Of a DNA stretch of 64,000 nt, positions 12,319-25,850 are shown one piece after another (the stretch's first letter is position 1; each line of letters begins with the position of its first letter). A model generated the notes under the pieces. That model was given only the letters and a program-made list of their open reading frames with translations, ran no database searches and had not been told where the DNA came from. The stretch is from Squalus acanthias (Eukaryota), in assembly GCA_030390025.1 (NCBI GenBank), contig CM059445.1, positions 2,914,001 to 2,978,000 on the forward strand, read 5' to 3'. Made by a program: the position numbers and the translations under genes.

Positions 12319-12559
12319 AAAATTTTAAGTGCAGCAGGGCCCAAAGACTATTTCTGGTGTTCTATCGTGATTTTTTGAAAGAGACCTGTGCTATATTTTT
12401 GAATGCTTTTTTATGGCACCGGAATCTGATATGTTAAAAAGAAGAAAAGCTGCCACAATTTTCTTTTCTTTAACATGTTGTGCTTAATATGCACAAATGA
12501 TGCTTTGATGGCTTCAAACTTTAATTTGCATAACATCAATAAGATAAAGAGGGAATTAA

Positions 12560-12798
12560 AGAAAGAACACGGTGTATATTCGGCGCTTTCCTCGGGCCCA
12601 ATTGTTTACGCTGATTTCTGATGGTTTTTATGTTCCAGTGTATGCGAACAAGATTCTCAGGAAATTTTGATATAAATTGCCGTTGGCAAGATTGGCGTAA
12701 AATTGGGTGTAAATTTTGGCGTATTTTCAGTGTGCGATCATCGTCTTAAAACTGCTGCTTACATAGGTTGCTTTTTATGAATAAAATAAATTCACCCC
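12560..12798. mobile_element. Probable Harbinger-type MITE remnant
   Basis: Ends in aaattcacccc (reverse complement GGGGTGAATTT); internal repeated ggcgtaaaatt motifs. Confidence 0.35.
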
Positions 12799-14378
12799 TT
12801 TAAAATCTAAGGTTACAATTTTCAGGACAGCTACTGAATTTTAGCAGATTAGTATCCGTAGTGTATCCAGGTGGTGCTCCACGCAAAGACTCAGATCGTA
12901 GCCGCAAGGTACTCGCATTTCTAATTAACATTGCTAAAAGTTCCCAATTTGTTTGTGTTTCAAAAATAGCTTTTACAAAACAATTTATTACCTTCTATTA
13001 ACTTTGGTGAAAAATAGACAGCTGATGCCAGGAACAGCCTTGCTGAATGCTGCCAAAGCTTCCTTTGATGATGTCTCATTTATTTACCATTAATTGCTCA
13101 TTTCAAACTGACGGGGAGAAGCAGCAAGAAGGCACATTAATATTAAGTCTTTCATGATTAAAGGCAGCACAGGGTGTCATTTACAAAACTGGGTCTTGGT
13201 TACTGAACACACAGCAACAAAGAGCAGCACTGGGTCTCAACACAACAGCTGACAGTAGAAGTGGTGTCGCTACTTTCAAGAAAAAAAGCTGGCAGTGATT
13301 AGAGGTGGTGGGAAGGGAAATTAGAATAGGTTTCTGTCAAAACAGACACTTGCACCACATCAGGAATGGCAGTGAGACAAGTAAAACAACTCTCGCTTCA
13401 AACTGCAGGTGGTGTTTGGCACAGAGTTAGGAACAAAGCATGCGGCAGCATGAGAGGACATTACCTAGCAGGCCAACAAGCAGCATCACAGGCTTCAGAC
13501 GTTGATGTGGTTGCTAAATATTTCAGAAATGATTTGTTTGGCCCCCAAGTATAATTTGCTCGGGTTTTGTGACCTCCTCGGGGTTTGACTGAAGGACTCT
13601 CGTGTCTCTTACACCATGTGTGCTAACAATTCTCAGAGCCCTTCAAACAGCCTCTGGTTAGGATCAATCAGCAAACCGCAATAACGGAAAGTTTTCATGT
13701 CCGACCTCCCCTACCCTGGGTCAAGCTGAGGTCAACAGTTCAAGTGCCATTCTTGGGCACACCTATCTGCTTTCACAAGTAAATAGGTTAGTACCAATTT
13801 ATTTGTGAAAGCAATAATTTTCCCTCCTTAACTATACAGAACAGTCTTATTTCAGCTCTGTGTCATGAGCAATGAGATTGGGAACATTCCATGTGGAGCC
13901 CTCCGCCATATAACTCTCTTAATCAATTCTCCTTTTTGTGTGCATGTAGTTTGCAGCACTGAAGGGCAGAAGTACCACATTGCATTAATACACAGGTTTG
14001 CAAACTACATTTAATACAATGTGGTTTCATACTTCTGATAAGGGACTCTGGGATTCAGAATTCTGTTGCCTGGGGCCAGTCAGTGAGCAGAGTATTGCAA
14101 AAAATCTATATTTCTCTGTACTAGCAAGCACATCGTTACAGTTGCTGTATATTATTACATTGTTTGCGATGATAGCAAAAAGCTACGACAGGAGGTCCCG
14201 GGCCTGTCTCAATACTTTCAAAAGATCTCCTGCACAAAAAGATTGAGACATTAGTAATGTATTAACCTCAGAAACGAATCCTCTGCACATTAGTGTTCAG
14301 TTTAAAGATCCAAGAAGAACAGTAGTGGGGCGTCATGCTTTAACTTACTGGAAGGAGTTACTTGTTCTCCATGAACCT

Positions 14379-14657
14379 GGGGGGCGACTTTTCAACAGCA
14401 CCTACTTTAAACTTCAGTTAAGATTTCCGACCCTGATGACGATAAGGTACAATGTCAAACACGATCGCAACGCGATTGCATTTGACACTAACCGCAGGTC
14501 ATCTTGGAAAGTGGGTCAGGCTGCAGGGGAGGACAGAGAAAGCGCAGCTGCAAAGTCCCAGCATTGGCACAGATCCAAGATGGCAGGTTTCATGGAGGCA
14601 AAGAACATGCATCGGATGCGTCTCCCCCACCAAAAAAAAAGGCAATCTTTCTCGCCC
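14379..14657. mobile_element. Probable MITE with an internal hairpin
   Basis: Left ggggggcgactttt, right tctttctcgccc; internal inverted repeat 14453-14487. Confidence 0.4.
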
Positions 14658-16424
14658 ATTTACATTTAGGCTTGGCTGGATTCGTGATTTCTATTGCTAA
14701 CTGAATTTTGTATAGATTTATTTAACATGAGATCAATAGTGTTTTGACACTGAACAGAGTCTCAGCCATCACAACTATGTTGTTCTGAATTTAAAAGGCA
14801 CTCCAGGTTTGTGCCAGTAACAGTGCTGCTGATGGTGGAAGCAGTGTCTGTGATACTGTCAGCAGTACAGTTCGATCACCTTGAAACACTATTTATTTCA
14901 CACTGTGAACTAGTTATCAGTTGGCTCAATGCTTGGAGCCTTGATTACGTTTCACCTTATACACCATTTCAGATCCCAGAATGGTCCATGGGAATGCCAT
15001 ATATCTCCCAACATGGGAAGATGAGAGATTTGAAATACTGTGCTCCAGTATTAATGAACTCAGGAAGGGAACTGGTCTTTTCCTTTGTTCCTTCACATTG
15101 CTCGATTTGGTTTCATCTCTTGGGTGAGGAAGGATTAAATTGCTCACGTTTTCTGAGCCCTACTTTCATTGAAATAGTATCGGCTGCTTACCCGATCACA
15201 ATAGCTGTTGTGCTAAAATCATTTAATGGCAGTGTGAGAAGGAAAAAGGCGGAATAGTTCTGGGATTATTCCATAAAAAAATTAGCTAACATAAAGGAGC
15301 TATGCTGTATAATCTAGATGATATGCTTTATGTAGAAGTAAAATATATATAAAATATGCCAGCTAGATAAAAAACAATTGCGCTTCTGCTCAGATCACAG
15401 CAGCAAAAGAAGGAAGCTGCCAAACCCAGATTATAGCCAGCCTGTAATCTCCGCGAGCATACACTGCACACACAGGCTGCAGTGTGTTCAAAGACACCAA
15501 CGGTGTTGGGATTTAGAAGATGTTACGGTGCACGAGGTTCGCCCTCACAGTTTACGAGATCACCTGTAGTAGCTTTGTACCCGACTACAGATTAGGTTAT
15601 CATTTATTTATGCATAGCATTTTATATTTTGCATTTTTCCAGTACAGCATTCCCTCAAATGGATGGTCCTTTCAGCCTTCAGTTGATGTTGTCACATCTG
15701 TACCATGGACTGCTAGGAAAAAGGGCTCAGGCTCCAGGAACACACAACCACAGCTCCCTGGGCTGGCACAGATCCAAGAGGACCAGCCTTACACAGGAGC
15801 AGAAATAATCTGACGATTTTCTTAGCTTCAAGAAGGGCAAAATGTACTTTAAAAAAACATTTTTTTTTTTTACACACATGGTGGGGAGTAAAATCAGAAT
15901 ACATTCATTCTAGCCCAAAAAATCTGCAAATACGGAGGACTGAGCATTGATCAAACTTACTCAAGTGGCCAGTTCTGAATCTGTAAACAGACTTCAGTGT
16001 GATCCTGATTAAGATGTGTAACTGCATCATTTCTACCGGCATCTTATTCTTTGAATCCTACCCAACACCATCTTAAGTTACTATCCGCATTTTGATGGCC
16101 AGACAGAAAAAACATCAATGTGCTTTTTTGAAACAAGTGTTCTTCTACTTCCAGCCCTTTCTTTGATGACTATTCTCAATTTTAAAGTATGCAGCGTTGT
16201 AAACCGGCCTGTGCAACTGCACTGCTCGATGAGATTTGCACAATGACAGCTTTTCACTCAGAGGAACTGCTGTCCTGATGTCCGATATTCCAAATAGCAC
16301 CAAAAACATTATTGATCTCAATTACTGCATTTTAAAAATCTATAAATAGACCACAACAACCAGAAAAACAGTAGTTATACGAATAAAAATGTCTGGTCGT
16401 GCTTTCAGCCCACTCAGTGTGCGT

Positions 16425-16510
16425 ATATACACACACACCACACACACAAATACCATATGCACGCACATACACATATACATGCACAAATATCTACACAAAC
16501 ACACAAATTC
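16425..16510 (+). repeat. CA/TA-rich low-complexity tract
   Basis: tatatacacacacaccacacacac...catacacatatacatgcac. Confidence 0.7.
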
Positions 16511-19490
16511 AACACCGATTAGAAGGACCTATTAAAGAACGTGATCAAAAACATACACTCGTCTGTCACAACAACATAGTTCAACTTAATTTTTTTTTAA
16601 TGACAAAACATGCACGCCCGACCCTTTTGTGTTAATTTCCTTCCCACTTTGCAGTCATGTTTCTCATCATCTACTACGTATAAAAATCATTAGGATTTCC
16701 CAAACAAATCACTGCCCCTCTCCCCCAGCAAGGGTGCAGGCAGGCACTTGCACGGTAATAGAGCCAGTCCTTTTTGGCATGTGCAAGCTATTTCATTGAA
16801 GATGGAAAGCACAGACGAATTGCTACTTTATGGCCTCTTGACTGAGTGGGCTGACCTGCTCCTTCATGTGCTAGCAACCATTACAAAGGATCTCACAGAC
16901 TGGAAATCACATGCAGCTGTGGCCAACCTCAGGTCCTCCGTGAGGCTCCAGCCACTTGGGGAACAGGGATGGGGGTTTGGCTCCTCGGCAACTGTTACTA
17001 GGAGGGTAGCAACTTGTTAGAGCAAGCAGCCGCGCTGTGAGCAGGGGAAGGCGTAACGCCGGTGTGTGTAACGGTGTGTAGAGTGGCTCTGTTACAATTA
17101 AAACATAGCAGCAATGACCGTGTAATACTATAGCAACACATGGATTGTAGACTGAAGAATTCTCCAACTATAATCCAGCTTTTTAAAATAAAATCTGCGA
17201 AATAAAGAGCCGCACTGTACTGTAGAGACATATTAATTATTGCAAGAGTGCATCATTCGGCTTTTTTGTAATAAAAGTGAAAGAGTCTACGTTGGTGAGG
17301 TGTTCATGAACACATTCATCTGTAAATATACATACTCCATTGCACCCATTTTAAGGTGTAATAATTGTTTTAAAGAAGCTATTCCAGTAACATCCTAACA
17401 CTGATCACTGATCAGGCATGTCTGTATTCATGGAGATGTGCATTCCTGCATTGTGTGGCTCTGGTATACCCATTTTTAAGTTAAGTGAAAACCATTTGCC
17501 CATGGGTGCATGAACAGCACTGTAACATAAATCTCTCCCATCAGCTCCCCCTGCGCTGCAGGAGGAGGGGATTCGAGAAGGTTAAAAGTACACTTAAGGT
17601 ACACTATTGTTTTGGAACTTTAGAAAGAGGCCTGCTTCTCGCAAAGGGAACAGAAGATTACTAATGTGAAAAAGGGCCGTGCTTCAGGCAATTTTGAATG
17701 GACAGAAATTTGGTACATGATCCTGTGAATGGGTTTGAAATAACAAGAGTTTGTAAGCACTCTCTTCAGTGAAGCTTCGTGAAATTACTGCATATCTGTC
17801 AGAATATAGTCGACTGCCAACCACTAGTTGGGCAAAATTAAAACTGCTCTCAGCAAATCTCGTCATGCTGCGTTTATTTAAATAGTACTTCAGTCTTCCC
17901 ACAGATAGTGCTTTAGACAAATAAACTTTTCACTGGACCAGTACCATCACAAAACCCCCTGCTGATGAATGAACTTTTGACCTCTAATCCCCAGAGAAGA
18001 GAGTATCACAGCCACACTCCCAAGAAGTAAATAGACTCCTGGCTGAAACATAATTCAAAATGCCGCTACACTGCAGAGTGCTGCTACATATCGACTTTTT
18101 GTGCACTGCAATTCATTTGTATACAACAGATCACAGGCATTTTGTAAAGGGACGTAGAGGGAAGCCGATTTAGCAGCACACTTACACCATATTGCTAAAT
18201 CAATATTTTATTAGTTTTTCTGTTGCAATGCAGAATGACAGAAAAGTGCCATGCTAAATTAGATAATGTGACACGTAATATATCACCACCAAAGTCAGCA
18301 ATTTCTTATTGCCTCGCAAATAATTTAATACATTTTTCTCCCCAAATTTTAAGCCTTTCTCTCCTCCCCTCTCCAAACACAGTGTACCATTCTCGCATGT
18401 GAGAATAGCTGAGCAAAACCTACTCTCGTGTTTCTGCCAGTGCTGCGTTCGATCCAGCCACCAGGAGGCAGCCAAGCACCACCAGTGATGGTTTCACCCT
18501 CAAGTCTCTCCTTGCTCTTGAATGGAGAAAGAAAGGAGGAAACGGAAAGGACACCAGGGCTCTAATGAGGACAAGAGTTGCAAAATCAATGTGTGGGAAA
18601 CTGCAGATAAAAGCTCACATGCTAGCACTCCACGGCACAACTTACTGGAATTCCATATACACTACAGCACTTTATTTCCCTTTTCTAAATAAAAGTATTT
18701 GCACGGTCGTAGAGCCGGTAGTTTTGTGTGCCATATTGTGAAGCAAAGGATAAATTGCAGCTATATCATTTAGAGACCAAGGATGAATTGGAATTGAAGC
18801 CAACACTATGGAACATTTCACTCTCCTTTCACTTGTAAACCCTGTCACAAGGGTCAAGAGAAGCAGCATTCTTTCTACACTGGGCAGCCAGACATTGGCA
18901 GTACTGTTCTGGCACTTCACTGGTCATTCTGGGCAGATTCACACTGTAAATGTACAGTTGGGGAGAAGTCATTTCATTTCGCACGAATGCTCCAGTTACA
19001 GAGCAAGTGCAGCTTGAATCGAACGTCAGGGCCGACCTGACTCGGGAGCAAAGAGCAGCGAGATTCCCTGTTGGACAAAAGTCTCACTCCCTTTCTCTTC
19101 GGAGACATCGACAACCAATTTACACTCCACCAGTTTAGTGTCAGCGCAGGGCTGTGTGTTGGCACTACACTTCCATTGTCTCACTGTGGCAGCTCCATTT
19201 AGAACATGTAAACTCAAATTACAAACCTCCCTTTACTTCACCAGCTCTGCTCTTTTGAGGAGCCCAGTGTGAGAAGAGAGGGCTGGGTGATTGGATAAAC
19301 AAGTGGACATGCTGCTGACCTATGGAGGGGCCAGTTTGCCACCAGGGCAGACACAGACTCACCAAATGGTATATTGAAGAATTATCAGAATGAAAAATCA
19401 TACTTACTCTTTAGAAAATGCCAAATTACATTTAATTGCTAATTAAATTTTCATTCAGGGTCCCGAGTATAACGTTATAAAGGAAAAAAA

Positions 19491-19822
19491 TGAAAGAACT
19501 TGCATTTATATAGCGCCTTTCACAGCCTTAGGACACCCCAAAGTGCTTCACTGTCAATGAAGTACTTTTGAAGTATAATCATTATTGTTATGTAGGGAAA
19601 TGCAGCCAATTTGCACACAACAAGGTCCAACAAACAGCAATGAGATAAATGACCAGACTGTCTCATCCAAAAGACAGCACATCGGATAGTGCAGCACTCC
19701 CTCAGTACTGCAATGAAGGGTAATCTTAAATGATGTGAGTACGTGTCTGGAGTGGGAGTTTGAACCCACGACCTTCTGACTCAGAGTCGAGAGTGCTACC
19801 ACTGAGTCAAAGACCGATACCC
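19491..19822 (-). mobile_element. Deu-SINE (SacSINE1-like), internally deleted
   Basis: Head (tgaacccacgaccttctgactcagag) and tail (cttgcatttatatagcgcctttcac) present; central Deu segment missing. Confidence 0.85.
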
Positions 19823-22080
19823 TATGCGCATCGCTTACTACAGTTATAACCTGCAGGAGTGCACCAGGCTCTGTGCAGTTAGCAGGTTACAAACGTCCAC
19901 AGTTTTACACTGCACACACTCCATGTGTACACATCAGAGCTTCTCACTCTTTAAAATGGGAAAACAATGAGGATATGCCATTGTTTTACATTAACAGTGC
20001 AGGATATATGAAGAATCTATTCAAGGTTGCCAACGCCATGCACATGCTCAATACTATTAAGTCCATATTTCTACAGTATTTCTATAATTCCCTTGTCCAC
20101 GTTGGGCATGCACACAGCATCACAGGATTGTGATATTGTTCCGAGTCTGTTTCAGTAGCTTTGAGAGAATAGAGTCTTAAGTATAAGCTATGTTTTGTGG
20201 TAAAAAAAAATTCAATTACTCAATAATTCGAATTAGGGGACATAAATAACACAACAAAGTGGGAATTTAATGCTAAAAAACCCAGAATGATCAGATAATT
20301 TGAATGAAGTGTCTTGGAATTAAGAGGAATAGACTGCAATAAGTTTATACATTACTACTGTGACTAACATTATTCATCTTCCTGACTATCCACCAGAATT
20401 TTCACAGAACAAATGCTTGCACAAAATGTTGCTTCATTGCACAGCAACTAACACCAATCTCCTCCTGTCCAAAATAATTCAACCACACATCGCAAGAAAG
20501 ATTAAATTCAATCTACGTCATTTGACTTGTACTTGTGCCCATGTTCCTGCTGCACCATACGAATGAGAGCAACATTTTGGGACTCGCGATTATCCTCCAA
20601 ATCTTATTATCCCCCTGAAAGTGCTGGGGGGGTGGGGTTGGATGTCCCCTCAGTTTTGATGGGTACAGGACATTCACTGTATAGTAGATTGAGGTCGTTC
20701 ACGCTTTGATGTTATATATGACATGCCACCTGGGACTCATAAGACTCTCGAAATTTTCTTTAATTTTTTTCCTCAAATGACAAGCATTTCCATTAAGCAG
20801 GACGGCCGTTTCTGCATTTGCCCAATATGGTTAACTGGAACAGCAACTTGAAATAGTTCCTGGCAGTGGAGCTGTGCAAATATTTCAGGGCCTTCCCAGA
20901 GCGGAGTTAGTAAGGGAGATGGCAAGGGTCACTCTCCAACTGCTAAACTTTCGCAAACAAATGAGAATGGTACACGGTGTACAATATGTTATAGGGAAAA
21001 TAATTTCAAAGGCTTTATCAGCAGTCGTTTAGCATTGACCTTAATAAATTAAAGAAAGTGCTGAACATTTGCAACAACTTACTGATCTCTAAAACCTGAT
21101 TGGAATTACTTGCAAAGAGTCCTGAATATAATATACATTAGTTTCTAACTAAATTGTACAAAAGGACCAATCCTCAATCATATAGTAATTTCTGAAGCAT
21201 TCAGTCACAGCTCAGGTCTTCTGCCATGGCCTCCGTTATTCAATAATCAGCACTCCCAATTTAGCAGCAACTACAATGGGACAACTTCTCGTCCCTGTCC
21301 AAATTTTCCCAAAGAGCTGTACTGCGATGTTTTTATGTTGAAATGTTCATTTAATGTACTTTCATTCCTCTGGAGGACTATTTATTTTGAAATAATTAGC
21401 CAATCGATTCCCTAATCCAGCTGCTTTCATCCCCTCCCTGACTTTGATCAGTTGTGGTGACAGGCCATCCTGATCCGATCACATCCGTCTCCGTACCCCA
21501 TGCTGTCTGGGAAGCAGAACTGTGCTGCAGGTGCAGACTATTCACCCTCCCACAATTAAAATGGACGTCCTGGTCGAGATGCAGGAGCAGAATTCCAAGT
21601 GTTTTTTTTTAAATGCATATATATTTTAAGTTGGTAGGTTATTGGTGATAGAATCAAAATACTGAATCTACTAGTAATGATACCAATCAAAAGAATGTCT
21701 TTAAATCTGAAGATGTAGCCAGTAAAATTTGCGTTTGTGCATGCCCCAAGGTGGCTCTGTACGACAGGGGGAATCTGCCATCCAGCTCTCCAGAGGTGCG
21801 CATTTTGGAAAGTCTTGGGTGCACAACCTGTATTATTAATGCACCAGGAATCAAGGGCTGCACATCTGTCATCTCCTGAGATGGGCTCCCTCCAAGCACT
21901 GCTCCCCACAGCGTCATGGAATCCTCCTTTCTGCGTTAACACACAATCTATTCACTTCTTGAGATGCACAACAGAGGCCAAACAGGTTTTTAAAACTTGC
22001 TGGGATATGTTTCCCCCCCCCCTTCAACTGCTTGCATCAGTTTTTCTCCATCTTACCTTGTCACACAGGCTTAAGAAAAA

Positions 22081-22259
22081 TTAGTGTCTGAAAATCTGAA
22101 ATAACAACAGAAAATGCTGGAAGTGCACTGCGGGTCAATCAGCATCTGAAAGAATTAAGAGAGGTTAACGTTTCTGACTAAGTCTCTCCCCCCAAAAAAT
22201 ATCAATCATACTTTCTCATTCAGGTGCTGACTACTGAACATCTCCAGTATTTTCTGTTT
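22081..22259. mobile_element. Degenerate palindromic Penelope-type short element
   Basis: cagaaaatgctgg...gttaacgtttc...ctccagtattttctgtttt; candidate TSD ttaagaaaaa at 22071-22080 and 22260-22269. Confidence 0.65.
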
Positions 22260-22494
22260 TTAAGAAAAAAAAGGGAACTGTGGCAAACAGAGTCTGGTGG
22301 TAATGTTGTGTGTGTGGCTCCCTCTGACTGCAGGACTTCATCTCATTCCTCCATCAGAGTCTAATATGGGCAGGTTTGGAGCAAAAACTGCAGAATGATT
22401 CTGATTAATAGAGAGACACACTGCACTGAATATGTCAAAAGCTCCTCTACTGGCTGAGTTCGAAGGACTTCGGAAAAGCTCTTTAGCAGTAATC

Positions 22495-22597
22495 CATCTG
22501 TGGCTTTCCAGCAGAGAGAGTACGGCAACAACCACATTTTACAACATCTGTGGCTTTCCAGCAGAGAGAGTACGGCAACAACCACATTTTACAACAT
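22495..22597 (+). repeat. Perfect 50-bp tandem duplication
   Basis: catctgtggctttccagcagagagagtacggcaacaaccacattttacaa twice. Confidence 0.95.
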
Positions 22598-22667
22598 AGT
22601 ATTTTCATTTGGTGTTTTCGGAATTTGAAATGCAATTTTTGATCATTCAGCAAAATACATATTACCA

Positions 22668-22874
22668 GAAAGAAATCTCGAGGATAAACACCCCTGAAAA
22701 TACCTCCAGCAGCTTGCGTTTCATTCACTGATATGAAAGAAATCTCGAGGATAAACACCACTGAAAATACCTCCAGCACCTTGCGTTTCATTCACTGATA
22801 TGAAAGAAATCTCGAGGATAAACACCCCTGAAAATACCTCCAGCAGCCTTGCGTTTCATTCACTGATATGAAAG
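22668..22874 (+). repeat. Minisatellite, three copies of a 67-bp unit
   Basis: gaaagaaatctcgaggataaacacccctgaaaatacctccagcagcttgcgtttcattcactgatat starting at 22668, 22735 and 22802 with 1-2 differences. Confidence 0.95.
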
Positions 22875-23869
22875 GAACTTTGAACACAAATATAGTTGCT
22901 ATACGGTAAAGGGTCCTAGTAGAACGTATAAACAACAAGTACTGTAGGCAGCAAGATCGAGATTCATTGCATTTAATTTACACTGGGGTCTTTTCTTACT
23001 AATGTTGGACACACCAAAAACCTCCTGCATAAACATAAACTAGCTGATATAAAAACAAGGCCGCGCCAGCCTGGCATGCAGACTGCAGTACCTCTACAGA
23101 CCAATTCAGACGTATTTATGAGTGCATTTACAAAGCATTCTGCTTCAAGCTGTCTGAACTGAAATCCCCACACAGACCAATATCAATTTGTATTGCTTCC
23201 TTTAGTGGTCAGTGTAAGTAACCACATAGATTTGTAACATCCTATAGTGATGGATTACAGGGCAGTTTTTTTATTTTTCATTATGATATAACAGAACATG
23301 AGACAGTCTCACACTGACATTCTTGAAATGGTTGCAGTTAAGAGGGAGGGGGATTGGGAAGACGGCAGAGTAACACACTAGATCATGAAGTGCTGTCTTA
23401 TTATTAACTATTCTGCAGTATAGTTGAAGAACTCTTGTTTTAAAAAAAACTTCATGTGGTCAACTAATCGCATAAGATTCTGACCAAACTTATGAAAAAC
23501 ACGCTAATTGTAAGTCAAAGTAAAATATCCAGTATATTGCACATAGCAACACATCTGAGCTTTGCTAGTGAGATGGTTCACACAGGGCTCTTGCCATTTA
23601 ATTTCTTCATTAATTGCACACCTATAATCAGACTTGAGGAAGTTACCTGAAAATAGCCCAATCTTAACAGTGTGGATGGCAAAATTAATTTGTAAACTGT
23701 AAATGTTGATGAGTTCCAATCTATGACGTTTAAAAGATTTGATAATAAAAGCATACTCTGTCCAGTCCGTTTATCACCCACATGACTTTCAGCCAGGCAG
23801 CTTTGAAAAAATAAAAATATTTACCAAAACTGTCACAATAGAGGCTGCTATCCCAGCTATGTGACCAAC

Positions 23870-24680
23870 AGCTTATATTTACAGAATACCTTTAACATAG
23901 AAAAACATTGGAAGGAAAGGAAGAAGACACCTAGTGTTGATGAGATAGTTAGGGGAGGTGACCAAAAGCTTGGTCGAGTATTTGAGTAAGTATTGAGAAG
24001 TCTTTTAAAGGCGGTTCAGGGAGATAGAGATTCAGAGGGTTTAGGGAGGGAGTTACAGATACTAATAGTGGAGCAGAGGGAGAGGGGATGCAAAGGAGGC
24101 TAGAGCGGATAGGGCCAGAGGGCATGGGGAGAGATGCAAGGCCGGAGAAGGGTGGGATAAGGCCACGGATGGATTTGTAGAGGTAGACAAGCATTTTAAA
24201 TTCATTGTTTTGGGGACCGGTAGTCAGTGTAGGTCAGTGAGGCTGCAAATAATTGGCAAGCGGGGATTAGTGTGGGACAAGATGTGGGCAGTGGAGGTTT
24301 CAATGATTCAGAGTTTATGGAGGGTGTAGGTTGGGAACCCGTAAGGAGGCCATTACAGAAACTGATTCAAGAGGTGGCAAAGGCACCTTCATAAAATGTA
24401 TGTATAATCGCTTCCTAAAATGTGGATTTCATAGGAGTTTCAGCAGTGGTGGTGGCAAGGTCAGAGGTAGGCAACGTCGAGATGAAAGTAAGCGGTCTTG
24501 GTGATGGATAGAATATGGGGTTTGAAACGCAGCTCTGGGTCGAACAGGACAGGAAGGTTCTGTACAGACTGGTTCAAACTATGTGAACAGTCAGGAAGGG
24601 GGATGGAGAGGTTTTGGTGGAGGCTGAAAATGATAGCTTTGGTCCTCTAGATATTTAATTGGGGGAAATTCTGATTCCAA
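23870..24680 (-). mobile_element. Old L2-clade LINE fragment
   Basis: aggtgaccaaaagcttggtc...ttttaaagg...agagggtttagggaggg matches the L2-type 3' end at 57348; decayed ORF2 continues to about 24680. Confidence 0.7.
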
Positions 24681-25269
24681 TTGGCTCAAATTTTATTACT
24701 TTTTGTATAATTGGTTTCTCAAAAAAAAACATTTACATTTTATCAAGCTATTATACATACGGGTGCGCATTCACATATACTTTATGAAGTCAGTATATGA
24801 TTAAGGATACAGTCACATATATATTATGAAATCATTCTATAGATGTGCAATTGGACACATGTCATGAGAGTGTACACTCCCTTGTATAGTTTCTGAAATC
24901 ATTGCAGATTGCTTACAGGAGGAGTGTATCGCCACCTCACGCTGCTTACAGTGGGACTCATGCAGGTCATGGGGTAGACAGCCCTGGGTTGTGGGGGCCT
25001 GGGGATGGTGTGGCGGCTGTGATGGTTGGGGTCAATGCTCCTCTTGGCTGGTGGGTGGGTTGTGGCGCTGAAGGGGTCATTTTAATATCACCTGTTTTGA
25101 TTGATGGCTTACGTCCCTTGCTAAGCAGTTTGCTTTCTTTACAAGCTGGGAGCACTCGGCTGCTGGTGTTCGTGACCTGCCCCGCCAGCACAATATTCCA
25201 TGAATGGGGTTGAAATTGCTGAGGATGAAGCTGAAAACGAGACCTATGAATCTTAGTAGATTCGTCACC

Positions 25270-25850
25270 AAGTATGGCCAATCAATGCAGAGGAGCAATC
25301 ATCAAAGCTAATAGGATGTTGAACTACATCGGCCAAAACAGTGGAATACAGGTCAGAGGAGGCAGTGATCACACTGTACGGGCCTCTGCTCAGACTGCAC
25401 AATGTGACTGTGTCCAATTCTGGTCACTAACAAACAAGGTAGACATTCAACCAGCGGAGGCAGAGCATGGCACAGCCGCTGGGCAGATCCCCAGGGTCAG
25501 AGGGTCAAAGTGGGGAACGACTCGAGAGATGGGACTTTCAGCCTGGAAAGGAAGCGTCTGAGAGGTGATCTTATAGAGGGATAAGTAAGGGTATAGAAAA
25601 AGTTAACCCAGGATATTACTTTAAACTGTGGGAGTAGACTGGGGAAACACATGATCAAACTAGTAAAAGGTCATTTTAGAGCTGATTTCAGGAAATTCTT
25701 CTTCACACATGTGGAATAAACTTCCAGACAGAGTAGTGGAGACGAAAACCCTGGAATAATTTAATAAACTACAGGATGCTACATGGAGACGGACGTTAGG
25801 ATCTCTCTGGGTGGATGGCCTGCTTCATCAGTAATTATCTTGTGAACACT
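25270..25850 (+). mobile_element. Old CR1 LINE 3' part
   Basis: QCRGAIIKANRMLNYI, CVQFWS, ctgagaggtgatcttatagagg (LRGDLIE), ttcttcacac. Confidence 0.75.

Noticed and set aside
14811-15257. 148-aa plus-strand ORF
   Set aside because: No recognisable motif, GTG start, antisense to the host gene
22668-22874. CRISPR-like repeat array
   Set aside because: Units are contiguous with no unique spacers, no cas genes, eukaryotic context
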